The notes below the pieces were generated by a model, which did not search any database, was not told the DNA's origin, and saw only the letters and a list, made by a program, of their open reading frames with translations. DNA of 64,000 bases from the human T2T-CHM13v2.0 reference genome, Homo sapiens. Positions 25,006 to 41,812 of the stretch are shown piece by piece. Each line of letters begins with the position of its first letter. Position 1 is the first letter of the stretch. Location of the stretch: assembly GCF_009914755.1 (NCBI RefSeq), contig NC_060938.1. One strand, 5' to 3'. A program made the position numbers and the translations under genes.

Positions 25006-25989
25006 ATAATTTCCTCTCTTTTAAACCTTAGATTTGAATGATTTTTGCTGGATTCTTCAAACATGAAGTATTTTTTAAATTGTAAACTAATTGAATGACT
25101 TTAACTGGTAAGTAGAAGTCTTAGACCGTTGACTAAAAGCTAAGGCTAACGTTGACCCTGCAAAAGGGGGCCACTGAAGGCCCAGTTGATTATTCCTGGG
25201 TGTCTGCCCTGCAGACATCAAAGTCTGCTCACACCAACCATAGAAGGAGCCTTTGTCACTGTCAGAAGATACAGAGCTTTGGTAAGCTGGAAGTTGACAG
25301 GCAGATGCAGTTGGGGTTGAGATTGAAGAAAAGTTGGGATATTCTTTCTAGAATGGAGTTGTTATTGTCCTGAGACTGTTTATAGACTTTGTCTAAGAAG
25401 TTACTTAAGAAGTGTTGTAACAAGGAAAAAGTACAAATGATTAGATCTTTGAGGATCTCAAAGGTTAGGTGGAAAAGGGTTTTATTTCATAGGGAGGAGA
25501 AAATAAGTTTACAAAGAAGGTTGGAAAGGAAGCACAGGATGGAGGGTAGCAAAATCAGATCCCAGATAAGATAATGTTTCATCTTGAAGTCAGCCTGTTC
25601 TTAGGAGGGATATGTATAAATATGGGTTGTAGGTTCTCTGAGGCTGTGGGTGAGTCAAAGTTCAGGGGCTGAGGGAAGAAGGGGAACAAGAAAAGTTTTG
25701 TTAACAAGTACTCTGTTTTGACCACTGAAGACTAAATTACAGAATGGTTGTTCATTTTTAAAAATAGGAATTTGTAATCTGTGTCCGTCTTTGTGATAGG
25801 TTAAAAAAAAGGGGGGGGGGAACATCCACAAAGTCATAATGGGAAGCACGTTTCTCTTCACTAAGCTGTTCTTTGAGAACACAAAGAATGGGGGAATTTC
25901 TTTAAATATAGCTATTTCCAGGATTACCTTCACCCACAACTGTTCCTTTTCCTAGACATCTCTTTCATTTGTCAGTTTCTGAGTTGTAT

Positions 25990-26310
25990 TTTTATAATAA
26001 AGTGGTAAATATAATTAGACTTATTTGTTGAGTTTTTTTGAGTAACTCTATCAAATTATTTAACTTGAAAAAGGGTTTATGGGAGTCTCAGATTTATAGG
26101 CAGTAGCTCAGAAGTATAGATGGGCTTATGGGACATGTGACTAACCTCTGCAGTGAGAGGGGTGATGTGGGACTTAGCCCTGAATTTGTGGGATCTGTGC
26201 GAACTCTAAGTTGTGTCAGAATTAAATTTTGGGGCAAGAAATGGGTGTTGGAGAAGCAGTGGGTTTTCAGGGAACTTTACACATTTAGGATCAAAAGTGT
26301 TGTAAGGAGA
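25990..26310 (+). mobile_element. MER21-like LTR, 3' part
   Basis: GATTTATAG..TCAGAAGTA..GTGGGACT.AGCCCT..TGTGGGATCTG..TGTCAGAATT matches the recalled MER21 consensus. Confidence 0.6.
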
Positions 26311-27139
26311 AAGACAATGTGGGGGCCTTTGCTGGAGAGAGACTCCAGGTGTCTCGGGGAAGGTAGGCTCTGCTCTGCACACAGGCTGCTACGCCATGCA
26401 CTGCCCTGTGGTTCCAGGCATCCTCCCATGGTAAGAAGGACCGACGACTCTGAGGGAAGAAGTTCTGAGAACAGATGCCTTCTACCCTCCTGCCAACCTG
26501 AGGCCACCACATGTTTTTCACCCACTGAACATACACACTGCATGTTGACGTGGTCAAGCCCCTCTCAGGACAAGGCTTTGGCATCAAGATTGTTGCCCAT
26601 CCTACCTTTCCTCATAGACTTTCCCACCAAAAACCCACACACGTGCCTACAAGACCCCTGGCATATGTTCTACTTCAGACACCGAATCTGCAGTGGCAAC
26701 CTGGTTTTTTCACCATCGCAGATTTCTGTGCCACCTGATCATAATCTCGTCTTCCTGCATGAACATAGAAATAACTCAGAGAAAAGTTTCACCTGGGTCA
26801 GTGTCTGTAGCATGAACCAGTCCTCCCACCAACCCTGTACAGTCTCTCACTTCTGGTTTCTTAATAGCACCTTCCCCTCTTTTACCTTTTAGTTCACCTC
26901 AAACCCTTTCTTTTATGTGCACACAGAGTGCCCAAGGCCACCCCTCAGTTGCCTGAATCCAGCACCTACCAAAATTCAGATGTCCAGTAGTTCAAGACCA
27001 TGGGCCTAGACTAAGTTTTTGCAGAAGGCAATACAAATTAGAAATGAGAGGCTCTATTCTCCCATTTGAAAATAAAAAAAAGATTTTTTTCTTTTCCTTT
27101 TTCTTAAACAATGTAATCTGGAAAACTTTAATTAGTAAT

Positions 27140-27752
27140 TTTTTGAGGCAGAATCTTACTCTTTTACTTAGCCTGAAGTGCAACGGCATAATCATAGCTC
27201 ACGGTAACCTTAACCTCTTGGGTTTGAGCAGTCCTCCTGCATCAACCGCTTAATTACCTAGGACTATAGGCATGAACCACCATGCCTGGCTAGCTTTATT
27301 TATTTTTGTTTTTATTTTTTTTCAAGACAGTGTCTTGCTCTGTGGGCTAGGCTGGAGTGTAGTGCCATGATCTTGTCTCAATGCAACCTCCACCTCCCAG
27401 GTTCAAGCAATTCTCCTGTCTCAGCCTTTTGAGTAGCTGGGATTACAGGCGCACACCACCATGTCTGGCTAATTTTTTGTTATTATTATTTTTAGTAGAG
27501 AATGGGTTTTACCATTTTGGCCAGGCTGGTCTCCACCCCCTGACCTCATTATCCACCTGCCTCAGACTCCCAAAGTGCTGGGATTACAGGTGTGAGCCAA
27601 CATGCCCAGCCATATTTATTTTATTTTTTTGTAGTGACAGAATTTCACCATATTGCCTGTACTGGACTCAAACATTTGGCTTGAAGGTATCCTCATGCCT
27701 TGGCCTCCCCAAATGTTCAGATTACAGGCATGAACCACCATGAGTGGCCTGG
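27140..27752 (-). mobile_element. AluS (27310-27611) nested in the linker of an AluJ (arms 27140-27295 and 27625-27752)
   Basis: Order of arms: old right arm, full Alu, old left arm. Confidence 0.85.
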
Positions 27753-27939
27753 AACACTTTTACATGTACCTTTTTTTCTCTGCTTCTTTGAAATATAAGC
27801 AAATCATTTTAACAGCTAAATAAGCCTTCTGTCATTCTTCATGACAGAGAATTGTCTTTATCTAAGACCTGGAAACTATTGCTTTGTTTTTTAATTTGGC
27901 AAAGATTTATTTATTTTTTATTTTCAGTCCTTTGAAGTA

Positions 27940-28238
27940 GGCACAGCGCAGTACAGTGGCTCATGTTTTTAATCCTAGTGCTTTGGGAGGCTGAGATGAG
28001 AGAATTGCTTGGGCCCAGGAGTTTGAGACCAGCCTGGGCAGCATAATGAGACACTTTCTTTATAACAAATTAAAATCAACTAGCAGGGCATGGTGGCACA
28101 GGAGGCTGAGGTGAGAGAATCATTTGAGCTCAAGAGTTTGAGGCTGCAATGAGCCATGATCACTCCAATCTACCACTGTATTCCAGCCTGGATGACAGAG
28201 GGAGACCCTGTCTCTAAATAAATAAGCAAATAAAAAAA
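27940..28238 (+). mobile_element. AluJ with a small internal deletion
   Basis: Alu consensus sequence. Confidence 0.88.
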
Positions 28239-29216
28239 TGTGTTTTTCCATACATAAAAATAAGTTAATAAACAGATAAATAAAATAGACATGGATTTGC
28301 TTAGAATAAAGCTAATTATAAGATAACAGAAAAGTGAGCACCAAAGATGGGGTTCACCTTAGCAAGTGATTCCAGCCTATTAGGACACTCACAGAATTCT
28401 CCCTGCAGCACGACCAACATGAAAGTAGAATGTCATCATGTCAGGCTATACCAGCGTCGGAAGACTAAACACTGTGGGGAAGAACCTCCCTTATGGAATA
28501 TTATCAACAGGTGAGAGACCAGCTCCTGCCCTGATGGGCTACAGAGATGAATTCTTGAGATAACACATTGCAGAAACATGCATAGAGTAGTTTAACCTTT
28601 TTTGTGTGTAACCCTTTCTCCATTTTCCTGCAAAATCCTCCCTAGAAATAGTGTTCGCTTTTAAGTTTTGAGGGTCTGGTAGGACTGAAGCTGCATGCTG
28701 CAGGAGATACCTGGGGTAGGAAACTAACACAAACTGCAGCTACAGGCACAAATACTCATGGCCTAATGTAAAGTGAAAACAATAGAAAGGTCTTTACTGT
28801 TATTCACCCAAGTGAGTGAACAGAGACTTTCCACATAACCAACTTGCCACTGAGACTAATGAAGGCCAGATTCCACTGGATCAAGACTATGAGTTACTCA
28901 TGGGAAGATCATAGGACACAGCCCAGAGAGTTTTCATACTGGAGTCTGGGTACTGGGTCTGTCCCGGTCTTCTCGGGTTTCTGTCTGTAGAGACCCCTAT
29001 GTGGCTGCTCTTACCACAGCCCGGTGCTGGCTGTGGTTGCTGGCTTAGTGCACCTGGTCTTTTTCCAAAAAGAGGGAGGAGTTGGCCACATCAAGAAGCT
29101 CCTCATCAATCTGAATGCAGCTCTGTAAAAAGTGCCTAGAAACCACGCAAAGAAAAGTCAGTGGTCTGCCTTGTTTTCACCGTATGTGACACCTCCACTA
29201 GAAATTCTGCTTTTCT

Positions 29217-29442
29217 CTGCACTCCAGCCTGGGTGACAGAGCGAGGCTTCCTCAAAAAGGAAAAAAGAAAAAGAAAAAGAGAGAAAGAAAGACAGAAGGA
29301 AGTAAGGAAGAAGAAAGAAAGAAAAAGAAAGAAAGAAAGAAAGAGAAAAAAAGAAGAAAGAAAGAAAGAAAGAAAGAGAAAGAAAGAAAGAAAGAAAGAA
29401 GAAAGAAAGAAAGAAAGAAGAAAGAAAGAAAGAAAGAAAGGA

Positions 29443-29478
<36 letters not shown>

Positions 29479-29530
29479 AAAAAAGAAAGAAAGAAAGAAA
29501 GAAAGAAAATAAAAGAGAAAAGAAAAGAAA
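29217..29530 (+). repeat. ~37 bp Alu 3' stub followed by a ~280 bp (GAAA)n polypurine tail
   Basis: CTGCACTCCAGCCTGGGTGACAGAGCGAG then GAAA repeats. TSD AGAAATTCTGCTYTTC at 29200-29215 and 29531-29546. Confidence 0.9.
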
Positions 29531-30665
29531 AGAAATTCTGCTCTTCAGATTAGGCACATAAGGAGAATCTGTATGAATCTCCAGCAAGGAAGGAAACCAG
29601 AGGACAAGTTAAAGTCTTGGAATTCACATCTGAGTACACAGACTCGTTCTCCAACCCTCTTCTTTTTATTCTGCCAGCTATGGCCTAGGTATGAACATGA
29701 CAGGTACACAAGGGTTCCAACACCTGACAATCTGCTTCAGTAAAAGAAGAGTGCCCTCCCTCTTGCTCCCCATACAACTCATGGTACTAAGAAATGGTGT
29801 GGGACTTCCCAGATGAGTTGACAAGAGAGGCCTGGCTCTGGGGCCTGTCCTGAGCTGCCCTGTGTTATTTGTAGGTGCACCCAGCCAATAGCCAGGGGCA
29901 TCAATGATGAGGCCTGAGTTGACATCCGTGTTTTCAGATAAGGCTTTTACACTGAGCCTTTGTAAAGTCAAAACTCAGAAATTTCAGGGCACAATGAAAG
30001 AACATCTCACTCTCTTGAGCATCTCTCACTAACAGAGGTGGATACAGAGCTGTCTCAAGAATGTGGGTTCCTGGTTTCTTAACTGATGTTGGGTTGTCAC
30101 CAAGAAAGTGTGTTAAACTCTTCAAGGTTCCATCTACTGGGTCCCTTCTTTCTGTAAGACCTACCCAAAAGCCCAACTATGCTACTAATTGTTCAGTCTC
30201 CTCTTCCATGTCAACTCTTCATTTGTACACAAGTATGCAAACACAACTTCCCCTTAATTCCCTGGAAAGAACTAAATGCAGCCTGGGTTCCAGGATATAA
30301 GAGACAGCTGGAACATAACCTTGTTTTTCTTACCATCTCTGGGACCCAATAAAAGTCACTGTGTATTTGAGGCTTCCCCAGCCTCCAAGCATGCACAGTG
30401 GGGATGATGCTAACATCTACTTCCTAGGGATTGTATTAGATGTATATAAGATAAAACATAAAAATCATGTGGTGTTACCTGTAGATAATGCACACACTTA
30501 GAGATGGAAGCATTAGGAGAATATGTAGAAGGTAGCATGGGCCACAACTCAAACAAGCCTGGGTCTGGCAGGGTGATCTTGGGAATGTCACTTCTCCACT
30601 GCGCTTCATTTTCATTCTGCTCCAGTATGAAGTTGAAATTAAATGTAGATACTGTCCTCTGGCAT

Positions 30666-30999
30666 TCATATAGTTTAGCTGTGTGTTCCACCCAAACTTC
30701 TCTGTGTATTATAACCCCCAGGTGTTAAGGGAGAAACCTGAGGGGAGATGATTGGATTATGGGGACGGGTTCTCCTCATGCTGTTCTTGTGATAGTGAGT
30801 TCTCATGAGATCTGATAGTTTCATAAGCATCTGGTACATCCCATGCTCTCACTCACTTCACTTGTCAGCCACTGTAATTGGAAGGTTTCTGAGGTGCCCT
30901 CCCAATTATGTGGAACTGTGAGTCAATTAAACTTCTTTTCTTTATCAATTACCCAGTCTCAAGTACTTCATCATTGCAGTATGACAAAGTCCTAATACA
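30666..30999 (+). mobile_element. THE1/MST MaLR solo LTR
   Basis: CATGCTGTTCTTGTGATAGTGAG..GAGATCTGAT..AACTGTGAGTCAATTAAAC..CTAATACA. Confidence 0.88.
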
Positions 31000-31645
31000 G
31001 CCATTCAACTTTCTAGTGCTTTCTCTTTATATTTAGAATCCTATCCATGTGCCTTCTCACGTCTATGACAGGGAAACTCTTCACAAAATCTCACAGTACT
31101 AGGTGGTTAGTGACTCAGTTTTTTATTGAATAAAATGGCCTACAGCCTGATGACAGTAATATGGCCCTTGGGTTTTGAGGAAAATATCATGTTGTAGGTT
31201 GGCCAAAAAGGAGATAGCAGTCCAGCTGAAATTTGTTTTCTTATACTGGCTTTAAGGCAGTGATTAGAAAAGGCCTAAGAGGTGGGTTCTGTAAGGGATT
31301 GCTGGAAGAAAAGTAGGAATATGGAAAGTCATGAGACATATACTGTCATCTCTTCTTGCTTCCTCTCAAGTCACATGCAAATTCAGGGAGAGTTAGTATG
31401 AAACACACAATGGAAATTTGGGCTCTAACATATGCAATCTGATTCTTCATGGACTTCATTTGGCCATATCAGTTCCAACAATTTCAGCCAATGTTTAAAA
31501 ACCTTATAAGCAGATAAAATTTTAGTGTTTCAACAAGCCATTTCCTATCTTTCATTCTGAAAATCCATTTTAAGTCATTTTTTTAACAGCATAGGGGTAC
31601 AAATTCAGCTTCTGTCCAATGAAATACAGAAAAGGATATCACTTT

Positions 31646-32297
<652 letters not shown>

Positions 32298-35049
32298 GTC
32301 AAGATTTTTCTAAAGCTCTCATTTTTCTCCTACTGGGTTTTTCCTGTTTGCGCCCTCAATCTTTCTCTGTCTCTTTTTGTGTACACCTTTTTGTCTAATT
32401 CTCTCTCTCTATTGTATACCTCAAACACAGGAAGCAAGCTTCAATGCTATGAGATGCTCCATGTAAAGACCAACATAACAGAGCCTGAGGGGGTGCTCAG
32501 ACCAGTAGAGAGAAGGAAAGTCAGGCTCTCCAGCCACACTAAACCCTGCCAATTTTCACATGAGTCAGCTTAAAGGCTCATGCTTTCCCAGTCCAGCTTC
32601 AGTTAAGACCACAGTCCCAATGTCATAAAAGACCTAAAGGCAGAGGTACCCAACTGAACTGTGTCCAGATTCTGGTCCACATAAATTATGAGATATTATA
32701 TGTTGTTGAAAAGTGCTGACTTTTAGGGCAATGTTGTCAGAAAGGAGCAGATATCTAGCCTCATCTCCCAGGCCCTAGGATTCTCCATCCCTCTACTTAT
32801 ATCTTCCTCAGGCTGTCTGCAGCCAAACTTTCTAACCTCTGCCGAACTCACACCTATGAGTCTCTTCACTAAGGGTGGCTTCTCCCTGACACATACTTGT
32901 GCAGAGATGTCTCCCTGTTGTCATCCTTATCATGGATTAAACATCACCACAATGAGGCCTTAGTTCCTCCCATGCAATAATTTTCCAGCTTTTCTTCTCA
33001 ACATTCCACTTTATATTATAGTCCTTCCTCTTTTCTTTCACATATACTTGCTTTAGTGCTTTTATCCAGCTGTCCTCAGAATGTTTGGTCCTGGGTTGGG
33101 GGGTGCAGGCATCATGTAATAATTTTCTGTACCACGTTGCACCCACCTGGTTAGCTGGCAAAGGGTGAGCGCAAGGGAAAAAAGACTGGCTAAGTGATTA
33201 TATGGAGGATCTCTAATATCCCTTCCTCTTTTGACCACCTGATAATGTGGAGATCATTGATAACAACATGAGATGTGTGACTCTTACTTGTTCCAGCTGC
33301 TCCAGCAAAGCTCAGTGGGCACCAGAAACAGAGCTGGCTGTAACCACCTCCAGGCCATCACTAACTCTATGGCCCAATGCAGGAGCACTATGGAACAAAT
33401 CAGGTATCTTGATTTTTCTGTCCTCAAGACACTGGTTCTTCAAGGTCCTAGGGGATAAAGTAGCAGAATCTGAAGGCCCCAAGTACAATGAGTGACCTTG
33501 GAATCCCCCTTTGCCTTCTATTTGCCTCTACCTTTTGGGTTGTGCTATTTATCCATGAGATATCCTCCCCTTATCCAGTGAAATTAGTTTCTACCACTTT
33601 CAAATGAGGACCTTAAGAACCCAACAGGAGCTGGGATTTTCCGTGGACTTCAGCCTCAGAGTCCAATGCTCTGGAACATTTAGCTCCGTCTCATCTTCAT
33701 CTACCCAAGATGCCTCTGAAGTGGCCATGCCTCCCTCTGATTTGAAGGACCTACAGAGAGTGGATGCATTTCTGCACAGTCTCAGAGCAAGAATCAGGGC
33801 TGGAAGACACTTATGAGTATGTGAAATCGTCGAGGTCACCCAGTTCAAACAGCCCTATTTATGAGGAAGAAAACAGGCTTTCCTGCAGGCATTCTCTACA
33901 TTAGGCTGAGGTGGAGCATAGCTCATTTTACTTCCAGGTGCCCTCAGAGCTGGATGCAAAACCCCAGTCCTGTCATCTTGAAATTGACATGGAGAGGTCC
34001 CCATGTGAACAGAACCCTGGATCTGCTCATTCTCTGTGCCCCTGAATGTGAAGCTACAGGCTCTAACTTCCAAAGCAAACCTGATAGGTGGGATGGAGCC
34101 AAGGCCTAGGAAGCTGGAGCTCTCTCTAATGCTCTGGAGCCTGCCCACCTCCTGAGATCTGGATCAGTCCCTGCCTCTTTTGGGGCCTCATTTTCCCAAT
34201 TGTAATGTAATGAGAAATTAAATGTAAAATTGCATAAGCATATGCTCTGTGAGAATTTGGTGTCAGAGTCCTCAATACTGGATGATATATTTTGGTGGGA
34301 GGGGTTTGGGCCCCAGAGGTTCTCGGGACTCCTGACATATCCATTGCAGTAGGTGTAGAGCTCAGGAGATCCAGATCTTCTTTCCTGAGCCAGCTGATTA
34401 CAATACAATGGACCACGGGCTATGATCTTAAATATGATTTCACAGGATTCCCCACCTTCAGCCACCATCTGCTCTGTGCTTCCCTTATTTTGGGGAGCTG
34501 ATGACAACCTCCATTATAGTGAGAGAGTCCAAGAAACTAGACTTGTGGACCTGGAGAAAAGAAAAAAACACTTTTCTATTTCTCTCAAACTGTAGAATCT
34601 GTTGTCAAATATTTAATTTTGATTCCATCTGAGCTTGATAATACGTTCATGTGTTAAGAGCTGCTTAAATTTATTTTTTCTGTGGTGTGGGATAATGTCT
34701 TTTCCCATATTTTAAATCAACTTCTAAAAGCTCTCTTTAAAGTGGAGATGTGAACATCTTTGTGATATAAACTGCACATATTTGTTGTGAGATTGTTCTT
34801 TTTCTCTTTGTTAAAATGTTTTGTTTTATTCTGGTTTGGATGTCCTTCAGGGTTTTGTTTTGTGGCTATTTATTACTACAATGCAACTTCTCCCCTAATT
34901 AACTGACAGGTTTGTACATTCTCAATAAAATATTTTGGTAAAGTCTTTGTAAAAACTGTGTAGACAATTTTACAGTTTTCATAAACATAAAACAGTCAAG
35001 ACTGTCATGATGAAAAAGAAAGATTGAGGGCTTAAAAATTAAAATATGA

Positions 35050-38000
35050 CACAGCTAAAGTAGTGTGCAAAGGGAAATTTATGGCACTAAATGCCCACAA
35101 GAGAAAGCAGAAAAGGTCTAAAATCGGCATCATAATATCACAATTAAAAATCTAGGGAAGCAAGAGCAAACAAATTCAAAAGCTAGCAGAAGACAAGAAA
35201 TAATTAAGATCACAGCAGAACTGAAGGAGATAGACACACAAAAAGCCCGTCCAAAAAATCAACGAATCCAGGAGCTGTTTTTTTGAAAAGATCAAGAAAT
35301 AAATAAACTGCTAGCCAGAGTAATAAGGAAGAAGAGAAGAATCAAATACATGCAATAGGAAATGATAAAGGGGATATAACCATTGATCCACAGAAATAAA
35401 AATTACCATTAGAGAATATTATAAAAAACTCTTTGCAAATTAACTAGAAAATCTAGACGAAATGGATAAATTCCTGGACACATATACCCTCCCAAGTCCA
35501 AACCAGTAAGAAGTCGAATGCCTGAATATGCCAATAACAAGTTCTAAAATTGAGGCAGTAACTAATAGCCTACCAACCAAAAGAAGTCCAGAACCAGAAG
35601 GATTCACAGCCGAATTCTACCAAAGGTACAAAGAGGAGCTGGTACCATTCCTTCTGAAACTATTTCAAACAATAGAAAAGAGGTACTCCTCCTTAACTCA
35701 TTTTATGCATCCAGCATCATCCTGAAACCAAAACTTGGCAAAGACACACCAGAAAAAGAAAATTTCAGGCCCGTATCCCTGATGAATATCGATGCGAAAA
35801 TCCTCAATAAAATACTGGCAAACCGAATCCAGCAGCACATCAAAAAGCTTATCCACCACGATCTAGTCAGCTTAATCCCTCGGATGCAAAGCTTGTTCAA
35901 CATATGCAAATCAATAAATGTATTCCATCACATAAACAGAACTAATGACAAAAACCACATGATTATCTCAATAGATGCAAAAAAGGCCTTCAGCAAAATT
36001 CAACACCTCTTCATGGTAAAAACTCTCAATGAATTATGTATTGATGGAACTTATCTCAACATATTAAGAGCTATTTATGACAAACGCACAGCCAATATAC
36101 TGAATGGGAAAAAACTTGAAACATTCCTTTTGAAAATCTGCACAAAACAAGAATACCCTCTCTCATCACTCCTATTCAATATAGTATTGGAAGTTCTGGC
36201 CAGGGCAATCAGTCAAGAGAAAGAAACAAAGCGTAATCAAATAGGAAGAGGAACTCAAGTTGTCTCTGTTTGCAGCTGACATGATTGTATATTTAGAAAA
36301 CCCCATCGTCTCAGCCCAAAATCTCCTTAAACCAATATGCAACTTCAAAAAAGTCTCAGTATACAAAATCAGTGTTCAAAAATCACAAGAATTCCTATAC
36401 ACAATAATAGACAAACAGAGAGCCAAATCATGCATGAACTCTCATTCACAATTGTTACAAAGAGAATAAAATACCTAGGAATCCAACTTAAAAGGGATGG
36501 GAAGGACTTCTTCAAGGAGATCTACAAACCACTGCTCAAGGAAATAAGAGAGGACACAAACAAATGAAAAACAATCCGTGCTCATGGATAGGAAGAATCA
36601 ATATTGTGAAAATGGCCATACTGCCCAAAGTAATTTATAAATTCAGTGTTATCCCCATCAAGCTCCCATTGACTTTCTTTACATAATTAGAAAAAAAACT
36701 ACTTTAAATTTCATATGGAATCAAAAAAGATCCTGCATAGACAAGACAATCCTAAGCAAAAAGAACAAAAGTGGAGGCATCACACTAGCTATCTTCAAAC
36801 TATACTAAAAGGCCACAGTAACCAAGACAGTATGGTACTGGTACCAAAACAGATATATTGACAAATGGAACAGAACAGAGGCCCCAGAAATAACATCAAA
36901 CATCTACAACCATCTGATCTTTGATGAACCTGACAAAAACAAGTAATGGGGAAAGGATTCCTTATTTAATAAATGGTGTTGGGAAAACTAGATAGCCATA
37001 TGCAAAAAAATGAAACTGGACGTCTTCCTTACTAGTTATACAAAAATTAACTGAAGATGGATTAAAGACTTAAATGTAAGACTTAAAACCATAAAAACCC
37101 CCCAAAAAACAAAGGCATTACCATTCAGGACATAGGCGTGGGCAAAGACTTCATGACTAAAACAGCAAAAACAATGGCAACAAAAGCCAAAATTGACAAA
37201 CGAGATGTAATTAAAGTAAAGAGCTTCTTCACAACAAAAGAAACTATCATCAGAGTGAACAGGCAACCCACAGAAAGGAGAAAATTTATGCAATCTATCC
37301 ATCTGACAATGGGCTAATATGCAGAATCTACAAAAAACTTAAGCAAATTTACAAGAAAAAAACAAACAACCATATCAAAAATGGGCAAAGGACATGAACA
37401 GACACTTCTGAAAAGAAGACATTTATGCAGCCAACAAACATATGAAAAAAAAACTCATCATCACTGGTCATTAGATAAATGCAAATCAAAAACACAGTGA
37501 GAAACCATCTCACTCCAGTTAGAATGGTGATCATTGGAAAAATCAGGAAACAACAGATGCTGGAGAGGATGTGGAGAAATAGGAACACTTTTACACTGTT
37601 GGTGAGAGTGTAAATTAGTTCAACCATTGTGGAAGACAGTATGGCAATTCCTCAAGGATCTACAATGAGAAATACCATTTGATCCAGCAATCCCATTACT
37701 GGGTATATAACCAAATGATTATAAATTATTCTACTACTTAGACACATGCAAACATATGTTTATTATGGCACTGTGCACAAGAGCAAAAACTTTGAACCAA
37801 ACCAAATGCCCATCAGTGGTAGAATGAATAAAGAAAATGTGGCATGTATACATCATGGAATACAATGCAGTCATAAAAAGGATGAGTTCATGTCCTTTGC
37901 AGGGACATGGATGAAGCTGGAAACCAGCATTCTCAGCAAACTAACACAAGAGTAGAAAAGCAAACATCACATGTTCTCTCTCATAGTTGGGAGTTAAACA

Positions 38001-38097
38001 AAGAGAACACAGGGACACAGGAAGGGGAACACCACACACTGGAGCCTGTCAGGAAGTGGGGGACTATGGGAGGGATAGCATTAGAAGATATATTCCT
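35050..38097 (+). mobile_element. 5'-truncated L1PA (ORF2 RT region and 3' UTR), missing its terminal ~100 bp and poly(A)
   Basis: ORFs 35528, 35782 ([22 protein letters not shown]) and 36260 ([14 protein letters not shown]) are L1 ORF2, now frameshifted. Confidence 0.95.
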
Positions 38098-39294
38098 GGC
38101 CTAGGCCACTATTGCGATTTTCTAAATTTTGTTTCAAAAACATGATGTTTCAAAAATTGTTATTGATATGTAATTATACAAATATATAGTTCAGAAAAAA
38201 GAATCAACATTAATTATGCTTTTTCCAAAATACTTTATGGTTTTGAGCTCTTCTAGCAGTGACATTTTTGCTGTAGGTAGTTGCTCTATATCTGGTATAT
38301 TCATCATAGCATCCTTTGTACCCTTTACACTTATCCTTCAACTTCCCACTCTCCTTAAGTGTAAATTTTCAAGGCCAGAGCTCCCATATCTTCCCAATAT
38401 TACTTTTTGAAAAGAAGCTCCTATGTACTGTTTTCTCTGGTTCTTGTTGGATATAATGCTAAAAGAGCTGGAAAATAATAATTTTTTAAAAAATTCGGTG
38501 ATGAAATTAAGGTAAATATATTTTATAAATCTAATGAACAAAATGAGGCCAGCTGAGAACACAATGATAGTTGAAGAAGAACCTGAGATCCTGTTTCTCT
38601 CAATGGATGTATGAACTTAACTGCAATTGGGTGAGCAAAGCCAGTTGAGTTTGTAGCACCCCTCATGAGAAAAAAGCCAACCATAACCACATTTAGAAGA
38701 AAGAAAATTTGGTTACATTTGTGCACTACAGAACAGTGCAGTTAGATAAAATTCTGTCCATTCCATGATTCTCCCTCGGGAAAGAAAACAGAGTGAAACG
38801 TGTATGCAAACTTCTGACTTATTGATTTATACCTTTAACATTTAGTGTTGACCAGAATAGAGATAGAGTTTAAATGACAGCTTGGGTCGACTGAGAATAA
38901 AGATAAATGTTTCTTACAACAAAGAGACTGTAGTGCCTGCAACAGTGACAAAGAGAAGAGACTAAAGGCTCCTAAGAGGAAAGAGAGGTAAACCTTATTA
39001 ACAAGAAAATACATACAGTAGTCCAAAGAAGACACATTTTGACAACAGATTGGAGAAGCTCCCGGAATGACTAGTGTGGCTGAATATTGTCAATTTTCCC
39101 ATGTACAAGCTTTTTCATAAAGGATAAAATAGGTAGTGGTTTCTTAATTGACCAAAACCTTAACAAAACCACAGTACATAAAAGCAACCAGGAAATATAG
39201 CCTAATGAAACGAGAAAAATATATATTCAAGTGACCCTAAAGAAGTGGAGATCTATGAATTATTTTTTAACTTAAAATCATTTTATTTTTCTTT

Positions 39295-39582
39295 ATTTTT
39301 TCATTTTATACACAGGATCTTACTCTATCTCCTGGGACAGATTGCAGTGGTGCAATCACAGCTCACTGTAACCTCAAATTTCTGAAGTAAAGCAGTCATG
39401 CCTCCTATGTCTCCTGAGTAAATATGACCACAGTTGGGCACACTACCACACCTGTATAGTTTCTTTAAAAGAATCTGTACAAACAGAATGTTGTTATGTT
39501 GCCTCGGCTGGTCTCAAACTCCTGGTCTCAGGCAATCCTACTGCCTCAGTCTGAAAGTGCTGGCATGAGCCACCATACCTGG
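39295..39582 (-). mobile_element. AluJ (diverged)
   Basis: Alu consensus sequence. Confidence 0.8.
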
Positions 39583-39599
39583 AATTGTTTCTCTTTTAA

Positions 39600-41590
<1,991 letters not shown>

Positions 41591-41812
41591 GGCGGTCTTA
41601 CTCTCTCACCCAGACAGGAATACAATATCATGGTTATAACTCAATGCAGCCTCAAATTCCTGGGAACTCAAGGAATAATCTTACATCAGCCTCCGACTTC
41701 CTGAGACTACAGGAACATTCCACCATTCATGATTAATCTGTAAAAATATTTTTTACATATAGCTTCTCACAATATTGCCCAGGGTGGTCTCAAACTCCTA
41801 GCCTTAAGTAAT

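Noticed and set aside
25150-25900. Possible additional LTR element
   Set aside because: It looks LTR-like, but I could not identify termini, a TSD or a family.
26128-26892. Longest ORF in the window (254 aa)
   Set aside because: It starts in an LTR fragment and has no recognisable domain or coding-like composition.
29161-29587. Lys/Arg/Glu-rich and Phe/Leu/Ser-rich ORFs
   Set aside because: Microsatellite translation artefacts. The same applies to the ORFs at 61272-61644.
33297-33403. AG..GT-bounded candidate exon, plus a neighbouring ORF at 33604-33816
   Set aside because: No recognisable protein similarity in any frame; it cannot be supported without transcript data.
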